Shown here piece by piece: positions 45,191 through 53,185 of a DNA stretch of 64,000 bases. The position numbers were made by a program, and so were the translations under genes. The DNA lies in the IMG/VR virus record IMGVR_UViG_3300046492_000199. One strand, written 5' to 3'. The DNA is from a virus. The notes beneath the pieces were generated by a model. The model worked only from the letters and a program-made list of their open reading frames with translations, had not been told where the DNA came from and made no database searches. Position 1 is the stretch's first letter; each line of letters opens with the position of its first letter.

Positions 45191-45783
45191 TATCCAAACC
45201 TTTCACCGTTTGCGGTAAACGTATATTCGTTGATACGAATATTTTCATCAACGTTTTCGTTGCTCATGTAATCGTTGTAAGCCTTTTCAAGCTCGCGATA
45301 TATCCAACGCATGAAATCGCGCATGTATTCCTTGATACTCGTTTCAAGCGTCTCATTGATAAAATGCCCGTTCTTGTGTTCAACGTCAATATCGGCGGAA
45401 TGTTCGTGATAGTATCGCCCGCTATGCCGAACCGTAGCAGTTAGGCAATATAGCGCCTTCTTTTGGATATCCTGCAATTCCTTTGCCAGCGTCACAAGCG
45501 TATCGCAACCGCCAGTATGTGCCGCAATAGCAGCGCCAGCGCCTTTGCGATACTGGTATGAACCTTCAAAGCAAGCCCCGTCGCCTTGGGACCAAAAACC
45601 GCTGAAATAGATTTTATCAACGGTTATTCCTAGCAGCGCGCCGCATTCCGTAACGTCTTCAAAAGTGTATTCAAACCAATCATCATTGCGCGCCAACTCT
45701 TTCCACCAATTGCGCGCCGTGTCTTTCGCGGATTCGTTCAATTCGTCAAACTTGAAAACCGTGGTTTCGATGATTGAAGGCAT
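45190..45783 (-). CDS. Early protein with YFSGFWSQGDGA motif
   Basis: Motif recalled from plasmid/ICE proteins often labelled 'antitoxin of TA stability system'; function unverified. Confidence 0.6.
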   Translation of the reverse strand: MPSIIETTVFKFDELNESAKDTARNWWKELARNDDWFEYTFEDVTECGALLGITVDKIYFSGFWSQGDGACFEGSYQYRKGAGAAIAAHTGGCDTLVTLAKELQDIQKKALYCLTATVRHSGRYYHEHSADIDVEHKNGHFINETLETSIKEYMRDFMRWIYRELEKAYNDYMSNENVDENIRINEYTFTANGERFG

Positions 45784-45875
45784 TGCCTTAGCTCCTATGT
45801 GAAAGGCGTTTCGATATGCACAACTTAGATGTAAGGAAAAATCGTGTCAACACAAAAATTAAATTATTTTTCCTA

Positions 45876-45904
45876 TTGACTTCGATAGCGGAATCGCTTA
45901 AATT
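45876..45904 (+). promoter_or_regulatory. Rightward sigma70-type promoter
   Basis: TTGACT-N17-TAAATT. Confidence 0.55.
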
Positions 45905-45981
45905 AAAAGTACATCAAGGATGCAGCGCTGCGAAGCGGGGCGGAGGTGGGGAGAATGAGGGATGGGATTTTTTTTAAAACG

Positions 45982-45996
45982 GAACAAAACAAGAAC
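45982..45996 (+). promoter_or_regulatory. Alphaproteobacterial LexA-type box
   Basis: GAAC-AAAACAA-GAAC. Confidence 0.6.
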
Positions 45997-46144
45997 AAGC
46001 CGCGCCTAATATAGACGCGGCTAATTGATTATCGTGGCATATGCAAGCAATCGCCAGCCTTGCCGATTTGATTCAGCCGGTAGAACCTGCCATTTAGATA
46101 AAGGCAAATCCACCAATAGCCGTCAATTAGATGATACTTAAACA

Positions 46145-46360
46145 TCATTCCACCTTCTTAATCAGCCCGTTTTCCATCGTGATCTTTGCGAAGAATTCGC
46201 GACCGGCAAGGCCTGTAACGGCGGGGCGATGAGCCGCAACAAACGTTCCATTGGCTTTGAACTCAGCGCCGAATATGGACGTTTCGCGATACTTCAAAGG
46301 CTTGCCAATCGCGGTTTCCTTCATTTCCTTCTTGCTCTTATAACCGGTAAGTAGCATCAT
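46145..46360 (-). CDS. Early hypothetical protein
   Basis: 71 aa, AAGGAG RBS. Confidence 0.65.
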   Translation of the reverse strand: MMLLTGYKSKKEMKETAIGKPLKYRETSIFGAEFKANGTFVAAHRPAVTGLAGREFFAKITMENGLIKKVE

Positions 46361-46470
46361 TTCCGTTACTCCTTAGTTGCGTTGTTTCGTTATGTCCAAT
46401 GTAAGGAAAAGGTGGAACGTGTCAACAAAAATCTTTTATAAAAATAATTTTATTTCGTGCCGATTTTCTA

Positions 46471-46499
46471 TTGACTTCAAATCGGGAATCGAATAATCT
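46471..46499 (+). promoter_or_regulatory. Rightward sigma70-type promoter
   Basis: TTGACT-N17-TAATCT. Confidence 0.55.
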
Positions 46500-46580
46500 A
46501 AATTCAATTCAAAGACAGGCGAGAGGCGCGGAGCGCTGGCCCGAGGATGGGAACGGCGAACCTGCCCGCTTTTTAAATCG

Positions 46581-46720
46581 GAACAAACAGGGAACAAACC
46601 ATGAACAGGAACAAAACGTGAACAAAGATATAACATAAGGAGAACAAAACTGTAACATACAGAGAACGGCGGAACAAACCGTGAACAAACCAAGAACACC
46701 GCAATGTTCACGGTTTGTTC
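46581..46720. repeat. 11-bp-phased GAAC/GTTC array (tandem LexA-type SOS boxes)
   Basis: 14 half-sites in four phased blocks. Confidence 0.85.
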
Positions 46721-46808
46721 CGCTTGATTTTTAAAAAATTTTGAAATATTTTTAAATAAAATTGAAACGCTCGCGCGCCAGATTTCGCCACAGCGCGCCA
46801 GAAAAAAC

Positions 46809-46872
46809 GGACTCTTGTGATGAATGAAAAATGAGAGTTCGTGATAAATAAAAATTGGACTCTTGTGATGAA
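46809..46872. repeat. 16-bp direct repeat GGACTCTTGTGATGAA x2
   Basis: Copies at 46809 and 46857 with a degenerate middle copy. Confidence 0.8.
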
Positions 46873-47240
46873 AGAAAAACCGGCTGTCTCGATCCTTCAA
46901 AATTGTGATAAGGAGGGTCACAATCCTGCGGGAGAGACGAGCCGGTTCGAGCAACGTTTGGAAAGAGGTTGAACCAAACGTTGTTTCTGCGATGTGTTAG
47001 AACTGGTGCCACGTTCTAGGTGTATGAGAGGATATTTGTCAACAACTCCATCATAGCAGGGCTTTAACCCACGCACCAGTCATGATCGATTACTCACTTA
47101 GGTTCTCCACCAACGAGCCGCTTGTTGCAGTTCGCGACTTTTCGGAAATTGAACCATATCATCCTAATACGCGGATGCCTCTCGGCTGGCGGGCCACTAA
47201 TGCTGCAAACATTAGCTAGAGGTTTTCATCAACCATGTGC
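46860..47240 (-). ncRNA. Candidate large structured RNA
   Basis: No credible ORF, many helices, TTGACA promoter at 47267-47272. Confidence 0.4.
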
Positions 47241-47268
47241 TACTGTCTAAACGACTAAAACGATTCTG

Positions 47269-47484
47269 TCAAGCCGTTTGTTTCGAAACACGTCTCACAC
47301 CGAAATCAGGATCGTTTACCGTTTCGCCATTGAATTTAACAGCGACTCGCCTGATGGTGCAAACATCAGCGCTGGGATACTCCCTGAAGAATTCGTTGCT
47401 GGCGCGGCGCATATCGGCAAAGGGTCGTGTTACTCTGATTGCGCCGCTTGCAATACCAAATGCGACATATTTGTTGTAGTTCAT
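47269..47484 (-). CDS. Hypothetical protein
   Basis: AAAGGAG RBS. Confidence 0.5.
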   Translation of the reverse strand: MNYNKYVAFGIASGAIRVTRPFADMRRASNEFFREYPSADVCTIRRVAVKFNGETVNDPDFGVRRVSKQTA

Positions 47485-47512
47485 GACATGTTCTCCTTTA
47501 TATTAGTGATTT

Positions 47513-47725
47513 CTAAATCGTGATTTTGCTGGCATGGAAGTGAGGCACCTCCAAATTTCTTGAGGGTCCCTGACCTATGTCAAATTCTAAAAGGGTCCCG
47601 GCCTCATCTAAAACCTTGTGGAACCTTCCGCGTGCCAGCGAGCAGGCCAATACGACAAGCTCGGCTAGGTCAAGATCGTTGGTCTTGATTATGGTTTGGT
47701 TATCACTGTCACGTACCGTATACAT
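47513..47725 (-). CDS. Hypothetical protein
   Basis: 70-aa ORF. Confidence 0.45.
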   Translation of the reverse strand: MYTVRDSDNQTIIKTNDLDLAELVVLACSLARGRFHKVLDEAGTLLEFDIGQGPSRNLEVPHFHASKITI

Positions 47726-47867
47726 CTCATGTCAACTCCCCGAATCTAACTATATACAGAACTTAACATATGTTAAATGTAAGGTAAAGTGGAATCATAA
47801 AAATAGTCCGGTGGATTACTCTACCGGACTATTGACTTTAAGTAATGGTTAATAAAGCGAGACGTAA

Positions 47868-48143
47868 TCAAGCCGCCGTCTTAGCCTTCCAAGACTTGCT
47901 CAGGTTCAGCAGAGCCTTGCCGCGAGCCGTGGGACCGTAGACGATCTTCTTGCGGCCCCGGCCCTGATCCTTGACAGCCTGAGTCGTGACGCGGCCCGCT
48001 TCAGCGACATAACCCATGTCGATAAGCTCGCGAACCACAGCATATTTCAGCGTGCCGCCTTCCTTTTCCCACGTGTCGCCATTAACGATAGCCTTCAGCT
48101 GAGCCACGACGCCGACCTTGCTCTTAAGTTCCTTACGTGCCAT
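47868..48143 (-). CDS. Winged-helix-like basic protein
   Basis: VVRELIDMGYV...GRGRKKIVYGPTARGK wing pattern. Confidence 0.55.
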   Translation of the reverse strand: MARKELKSKVGVVAQLKAIVNGDTWEKEGGTLKYAVVRELIDMGYVAEAGRVTTQAVKDQGRGRKKIVYGPTARGKALLNLSKSWKAKTAA

Positions 48144-48252
48144 TTTGAAATCTCCTTCTGTTGGATTTGGTTGGTTTACATTTCGTCTTTCAATGACCTT
48201 AATCTAGTATTCTTTTCTTACTTCGTCAAGGCCTTATTTTAAGTTTTGTAGA

Positions 48253-48441
48253 TTATTTTTCATCCCTATCCAAAACATTATCTTCGTGGTGCCACCATTG
48301 GCTCTTGGCTTCATTGTACTGAAGCACTTGATAGAGCGTGGAACCATGGCCACCAGTGGCAGTGATGTGGCCGTTGTTGAAACGCTCTTCAAAGCCGTTC
48401 CAGACTCGAACCTTGTCACCGATTTCTCTAAACTGTTTCAT
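48253..48441 (-). CDS. Small SH3-like protein, paralog A
   Basis: MKQFREIGDKVRV. Confidence 0.6.
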   Translation of the reverse strand: MKQFREIGDKVRVWNGFEERFNNGHITATGGHGSTLYQVLQYNEAKSQWWHHEDNVLDRDEK

Positions 48442-48632
48442 TCCTCATCCTCCCGATCCAAAACTTCGCCAGCGCTGTACCAAGCCTTGCTGTGAGGATA
48501 GGCGTCTTGCTGCACATAGTAAGACGTTTCGCCAAAGCTCTTCTTGATATGCAAGACAGTGCCATTCTTGTACCGCTCTTCGCTGAGGTTCAAGACTCTA
48601 ACTCCATCACCTATCTTTCTGAACTGTCTCAT
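48438..48632 (-). CDS. Small SH3-like protein, paralog B
   Basis: MRQFRKIGDGVRV; tandem duplicate of the neighbour. Confidence 0.6.
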   Translation of the reverse strand: MRQFRKIGDGVRVLNLSEERYKNGTVLHIKKSFGETSYYVQQDAYPHSKAWYSAGEVLDREDEE

Positions 48633-48959
48633 CGCTGTCTCCTTCGTGGTTTGAAACTTTAATAAATTCACAATAGGCCGAACGTTCTCCCCTGTCAAGG
48701 GGAAATGTCATAGAAGAAGCATTATCTTACATGTTTTTTCCTTACTAGTAAGAAAAGATAAGTGACTGATTTTTATATCGAATCATTGGTCAGTGAGAGA
48801 TTTCTAAAATACGTATTCTTACGATAGGAATATTTTCAGGGCTCACTTGTCAGAAAAAGTCATGGTTTGTGATGATGGATTTTTCCTTACATCGGTGTCC
48901 TAGGTCCTAGGACAGCGGACATGAAAAAGGGCCGGTACGATCCGGCCCTGTTCAAATTT

Positions 48960-49175
48960 TTAGAGGGTCCCTTTGGAGGTGGGTGAAAGCTTGATTACGA
49001 TTTCCTTCCATCCATCGAAGCGCGAGTGAATAAAATGCATATCTATGACTCGGCCTACCTTACCGGGGATGGCTACTGATGATCCAACGGGTGGGATCAC
49101 AGATGATTGCATGGTGAATTCTTGTTCAGCGTTAACTTCCAAGTCCCACCATTTGAATTTGATGTGCTGATCCAT
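48960..49175 (-). CDS. Hypothetical protein
   Basis: GAAGGAG RBS. Confidence 0.5.
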   Translation of the reverse strand: MDQHIKFKWWDLEVNAEQEFTMQSSVIPPVGSSVAIPGKVGRVIDMHFIHSRFDGWKEIVIKLSPTSKGTL

Positions 49176-49229
49176 TTTGTCTCCTTCGTGATGCATATTA
49201 GAGAGATGTGAAGTGCGAAGCTTACAGTT

Positions 49230-49442
49230 TTAAAGACTGTTGTACTGCTGGATCGCTTCATCGAGCGTAGCGAATCCACCAGTGTAGGAGCCGTGCGCAT
49301 CGGTCTTCTCGACACGATACATAAAGTCATTATCGTATGGAGAAAAGATGAGTGTGAGAGTCTTATTATCCGCTGTAGAGGCGGCAAGTTGATGCTTCAC
49401 CAAGTGCATGACGTAATTGTTGATGTGAACCGTGTGAGACAT
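49230..49442 (-). CDS. Hypothetical protein
   Basis: AAAAGGAG RBS. Confidence 0.55.
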   Translation of the reverse strand: MSHTVHINNYVMHLVKHQLAASTADNKTLTLIFSPYDNDFMYRVEKTDAHGSYTGGFATLDEAIQQYNSL

Positions 49443-49806
49443 TTAAATTCTCCTTTTCGAGTAAGAAATCAGTTGTTTAAACTTTATAACCTGAATGTAA
49501 GAAAATGTAAAAGCCTTGTCAAGCCCTTGTTGCGCCATTTTTTCAATTTAATTTTTTAAAAATTCACATTTCTACGACATATAGCTGGTCAGCTATGAAT
49601 TGTGATCCGCTAAGTTGTTAAAAAATAAGGATTTTAAATTTTGAGCCTAAGAATCAGAGATAAAATTTCAATTTATTTTATAAAAATTAATATTTAACTT
49701 TTAAAAAATTTAAAATCCGGCAGTTAAATGAACCATATTGATATTTATACCAGTTTCAATTTGCAATCAGTTTTAGTGTTTGACACGTATATTATAATGA
49801 GTTAGA

Positions 49807-50004
49807 TTGCAGGAAATGAGCAATAAGGAGGTTTTGATGCGTGTTCCCAAGGTCAGAAAGCGCCGGTATTATGATTTGACTACCTATGGTAAAAATTATA
49901 TGGAAAGCGATAATGACTTCATTGAAAATAATCTGGACGCTTGTGTCTGGTTTCTGGAACATCGAGACGAAATCAATAAGCTGTTGAAGGAGAAGCAATC
50001 GTGA
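49807..50004 (+). CDS. Hypothetical protein
   Basis: First gene of the plus-strand block. Confidence 0.5.
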   Translation: MQEMSNKEVLMRVPKVRKRRYYDLTTYGKNYMESDNDFIENNLDACVWFLEHRDEINKLLKEKQS

Positions 50005-50303
50005 AACTGTTTCATTGGAACATGAGCGAAGCATTGAGCCGAGTCGGTTGGGGTCATATCATTGTCATGGCGCATGATTTAGAATTCGCGCGGCTTATTG
50101 CGGAAAGAAATTTCGTTCTTTATCTGATGGAGGATGAAAGTGCTCCGCGACATTGGGTAGTTGATCTATACGGCCCTGATGTTGACAAATGGGACGAAGA
50201 TGATCGGCAGGAATATTTTGATTTGATCAAAAGATTTAAAGCCGATATCGCTAAGGAACCTATTGACAACAAAATCGCTTTGTTTATACAGGGAAGTGAA
50301 TGA
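50001..50303 (+). CDS. Hypothetical protein
   Basis: GTGA overlap. Confidence 0.55.
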   Translation: MKLFHWNMSEALSRVGWGHIIVMAHDLEFARLIAERNFVLYLMEDESAPRHWVVDLYGPDVDKWDEDDRQEYFDLIKRFKADIAKEPIDNKIALFIQGSE

Positions 50304-50509
50304 TGCGAATCTTAAAAGAAGTTGGAGGCTCAGCCGGGACGCGTTTCGCGGCTGACGTTGGCTATTTCAGGATTGAATTTGCATCTAATTCGATTTGGTA
50401 TTTTTTCGAAGGTGCGATAATTCAAAACGGCGCATTGACTTTGGATGAGGTTTGCAAGATGAATGGTGTGACGCTGGTCTATCAAGAGGAGACACAAAAT
50501 GCTTATTGA
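50300..50509 (+). CDS. Hypothetical protein
   Basis: ATGA overlap. Confidence 0.5.
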   Translation: MMRILKEVGGSAGTRFAADVGYFRIEFASNSIWYFFEGAIIQNGALTLDEVCKMNGVTLVYQEETQNAY

Positions 50510-50687
50510 GTATCCGGAAGAAAGAGAATTGCCAGATGATTACCCGATTTACGGTGGGTATTTTTATGTCGCGGATGGTAAGGTTATCGTCAGTGATTGG
50601 CACGGTATCACGGCGAGGGAGTTTAAGAACCGAGAGGGTGTCGAGGTTCTGAAGAACTGTGACATGGGTGGAAGGAATTTGTTTTAA
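50499..50687 (+). CDS. Hypothetical protein
   Basis: GAGGAG RBS; YPIYGGYFYVADG. Confidence 0.6.
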   Translation: MLIEYPEERELPDDYPIYGGYFYVADGKVIVSDWHGITAREFKNREGVEVLKNCDMGGRNLF

Positions 50688-50698
50688 AGGAGAAATTA

Positions 50699-50995
50699 AT
50701 GTCTGGTGAATATATGGATGAATCCTATCAAGAAGCTGATAATGTTATTGAGATGATGAAAACGCACCTTGATAAAGATTATACAGCGGGGCGCGAGGAA
50801 ATCGCTCGTGTCTTCGATGAAGACATTTGGAACGGTAATTGGGAGTCCGTCACGGATTTTGGCATTGAAGGTCTTGAAGACCTACGTTTCATTCAGGAAG
50901 ATGAATACGATCAGCATATGGATGATGATCCTGACAAGCCGACGTGGGAAGATATGATTCTTTCTGGCAGTGGTTATTACGTTTGGTACGCGTGA
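50699..50995 (+). CDS. Highly acidic small protein
   Basis: 28 Asp/Glu vs 6 Lys/Arg in 98 aa. Confidence 0.65.
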   Translation: MSGEYMDESYQEADNVIEMMKTHLDKDYTAGREEIARVFDEDIWNGNWESVTDFGIEGLEDLRFIQEDEYDQHMDDDPDKPTWEDMILSGSGYYVWYA

Positions 50996-51216
50996 TTTAA
51001 TAAAATAGCTGTTGACACAACGATCTAAATCTTCTAAAACTTAATCATCGAAGAGGTAAAGAGGAGAAGAGAATTATGACATTCGCTGCATGGGAAAAGA
51101 AGATTAGATTGCTTGATGAATTTATTCTCATCTTCACTACTATGGCAAGCGATGGCACAGTGACAAGTGCGTTTACTGTAAACGGTAATACTTGGAAACT
51201 TTAAGGAGGATATGAC

Positions 51217-51417
51217 ATGGCTACGGATCGCACCACCTACACCAACGGCAACGGTCGTCACGCTTACGAAGTCTATGCCTACGAAGATAAGCAGTGCCGC
51301 GTGACTAAAAATTTCAAAGAGAAAATCTTTGAGGTTCATGCTTCAAATCGTAACCAAGCAGCGCGGCGTGTCGAGCGGGATGGTTACGAGGTTAGCTCAG
51401 TAAATATGATTGGTTGA
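51217..51417 (+). CDS. Hypothetical protein
   Basis: AAGGAGG RBS. Confidence 0.6.
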   Translation: MATDRTTYTNGNGRHAYEVYAYEDKQCRVTKNFKEKIFEVHASNRNQAARRVERDGYEVSSVNMIG

Positions 51418-51429
51418 GAGGAGGGTAAA

Positions 51430-51612
51430 ATGTCTTTCAAAATCGTTGCAGGTGCCCATCAAACAGTCATGGAATTTGGTGGTGATAATTCAACACTGGA
51501 AGAAATGATCGAAAAGGCGAAGAGTATCGCGAAGAAATACGAAATCGATGAAGTGCTTGTTCTGGAAACGAAAGAGGTTTTTTCTACAAAAAGAAATAAA
51601 AAATCTTCTTGA
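51430..51612 (+). CDS. Hypothetical protein
   Basis: GAGG RBS. Confidence 0.55.
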   Translation: MSFKIVAGAHQTVMEFGGDNSTLEEMIEKAKSIAKKYEIDEVLVLETKEVFSTKRNKKSS

Positions 51613-51669
51613 CATTTCAGATAGTTGGTGTTAAGTTAGAATCATCAAAGAGTTGTTAAGGAGAATTAA

Positions 51670-51752
51670 GCGCCCTTGGTGGAACTGGTAGACACAAGGG
51701 ACTTAAAATCCCTCGCGAAAGCATACCGGTTCGAGTCCGGTAGGGCGTACCA
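51670..51752 (+). tRNA. tRNA-Leu(TAA)
   Basis: Class II cloverleaf, loop CTTAAAA, CCA. Confidence 0.92.
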
Positions 51753-51762
51753 CTTTATTATG

Positions 51763-51914
51763 AAACTGTTTAGGTGGGGAATGCTGGTTATGCTGATGAC
51801 CTTGTTCCTTCAAGGTCTAATGAGGAAAGAAGTAGTTTCGAAGGCGGTTGCGACTGGCAGAGAAACATAAGGATACTTGGTTCGATTCCCCTCAGTTCCC
51901 TTCCTAAACAGTTT
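51763..51914 (+). ncRNA. Candidate structured RNA
   Basis: 12-bp perfect closing stem; internal GGTTCGATTCC. Confidence 0.45.
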
Positions 51915-52027
51915 GCAGGGACCGGTTTATGGAGAATGGCGTATCCAGCCTTATGATAAAGGTTCCGGCTTCTTTGAGGTTGTTATCTCAGGGAACGAAG
52001 ATGGTTTGATTCCATCCTGCAAGTCCA
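51912..52027 (+). ncRNA. 116-nt tRNA-like RNA
   Basis: 7-bp acceptor, 5-bp T-arm, discriminator and CCA, with an 82-nt interior. Confidence 0.6.
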
Positions 52028-52046
52028 GTTTTGAATGTTAAAGTTT

Positions 52047-52189
52047 GGCTCAACCTGAATTAACAGGTACTGAACCGCTGGAACAGAGGCACGAAGCCTT
52101 GATCGAGCGGAATGGATAAAGTAAATGAAACTCACGTAGAACGCCTATATGGCAAAGTGACGCAGAGATAACATTGCTTCGGTCCAGCC
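52047..52189 (+). ncRNA. Candidate multibranch RNA
   Basis: GGCT/AGCC closing plus about five hairpins, then T-run. Confidence 0.4.
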
Positions 52190-52198
52190 TTTTTTCTT

Positions 52199-52272
52199 GG
52201 GCCTATAGCTTAATGGTAAAGCAATCGGCTTTTAACCGATTGACCTGAGTTCAATTCTCAGTGGGCCTACCA
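52199..52272 (+). tRNA. tRNA-Lys(TTT)
   Basis: Loop CTTTTAA, CCA. Confidence 0.9.
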
Positions 52273-52300
52273 CATTTAATTTAGAAACTTTGATTATATA

Positions 52301-52858
52301 ATGACTAAAGAAAAATTAAGAAAATTAAATGGTTATGTTCTGAGATACGAACCAGATTATCCTAAATCTTTTACTAGTGGAGAAGCCGGTAGAAACGGGC
52401 ATGAAGGATATGTTTATGAACATATTTATGTTATGGAAAAAGAGTTGGGGCGCGTTTTAGTAAGTGATGAAGAGGTACATCATCTCGATTTTAACAGGTC
52501 CAATAACACTCCTTCAAATTTAATTGTATTAAGTTCTTCACATCATAGTAGATTACATAGATATTTAGAATCTATTGGTTTACAGGAAGAAAGTGCAGAA
52601 CATAAGGATAGAATTTATACTTATATACCACGATGTGTTGTTTGTCTATACCCATTGCAAGATAAACAAAAACAAACGTGCAGTTTGATTTGCCGGTCAG
52701 AAAGCTCCAACTTAAACAAGCCAGATAAGATAACTTTGGAAGAGGAATTAAAATACAATTCCATGGTTGCTTTATCCAAGAAATATGGTATGAGTGATAA
52801 TGGGTTGAAGAAATACGCGAAGAGGATGGGCATTCAATTTCCTCTCAAGCGGAACTAA
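52301..52858 (+). CDS. HNH homing endonuclease
   Basis: YVYEHIYVME...EEVHHLDFNRSNNTPSNL. Confidence 0.85.
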   Translation: MTKEKLRKLNGYVLRYEPDYPKSFTSGEAGRNGHEGYVYEHIYVMEKELGRVLVSDEEVHHLDFNRSNNTPSNLIVLSSSHHSRLHRYLESIGLQEESAEHKDRIYTYIPRCVVCLYPLQDKQKQTCSLICRSESSNLNKPDKITLEEELKYNSMVALSKKYGMSDNGLKKYAKRMGIQFPLKRN

Positions 52859-52867
52859 TTAAAAGTT

Positions 52868-53165
52868 TGCGTAGATCGAAAGCGTTACCGATTCTTGGTT
52901 GTTGTTTTATAGAACCGGTAATTAATTCAGGAAGACTGCCTTAGCGGGTAGGAGGACTCAAGAGTAACAACCTGAGAGTCGCGCAATTCATACGTGCTGT
53001 CTAATCAACAGCTAGTCGGAGGGTGGCACTTCGATGAATAGAAGTCGCTGTGATGGTGACAACCAAATCGCTCCTGTATCCGGGTAGGATCGTGGTGTGC
53101 CCGCGTAGGCTAAACATCGTGGAGGAGCTTGTAAAGTTCTGTTGAAGCGGGATTAGCCAGCACTT
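52868..53165 (+). ncRNA. Candidate ~300-nt structured RNA
   Basis: ORF-free, dense consecutive hairpins. Confidence 0.4.
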
Positions 53166-53185
53166 AAATTTAAGAGGGTCTTGGT

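Noticed and set aside
46436-46954. 172-aa minus-strand ORF
   Set aside because: Low-complexity translation of the SOS-box array and A/T tracts
49550-49800. AT-rich divergence point as origin or CtrA-box cluster
   Set aside because: TTAA words are not at TTAA-N7-TTAA spacing and no iterons are present; AT richness alone is insufficient
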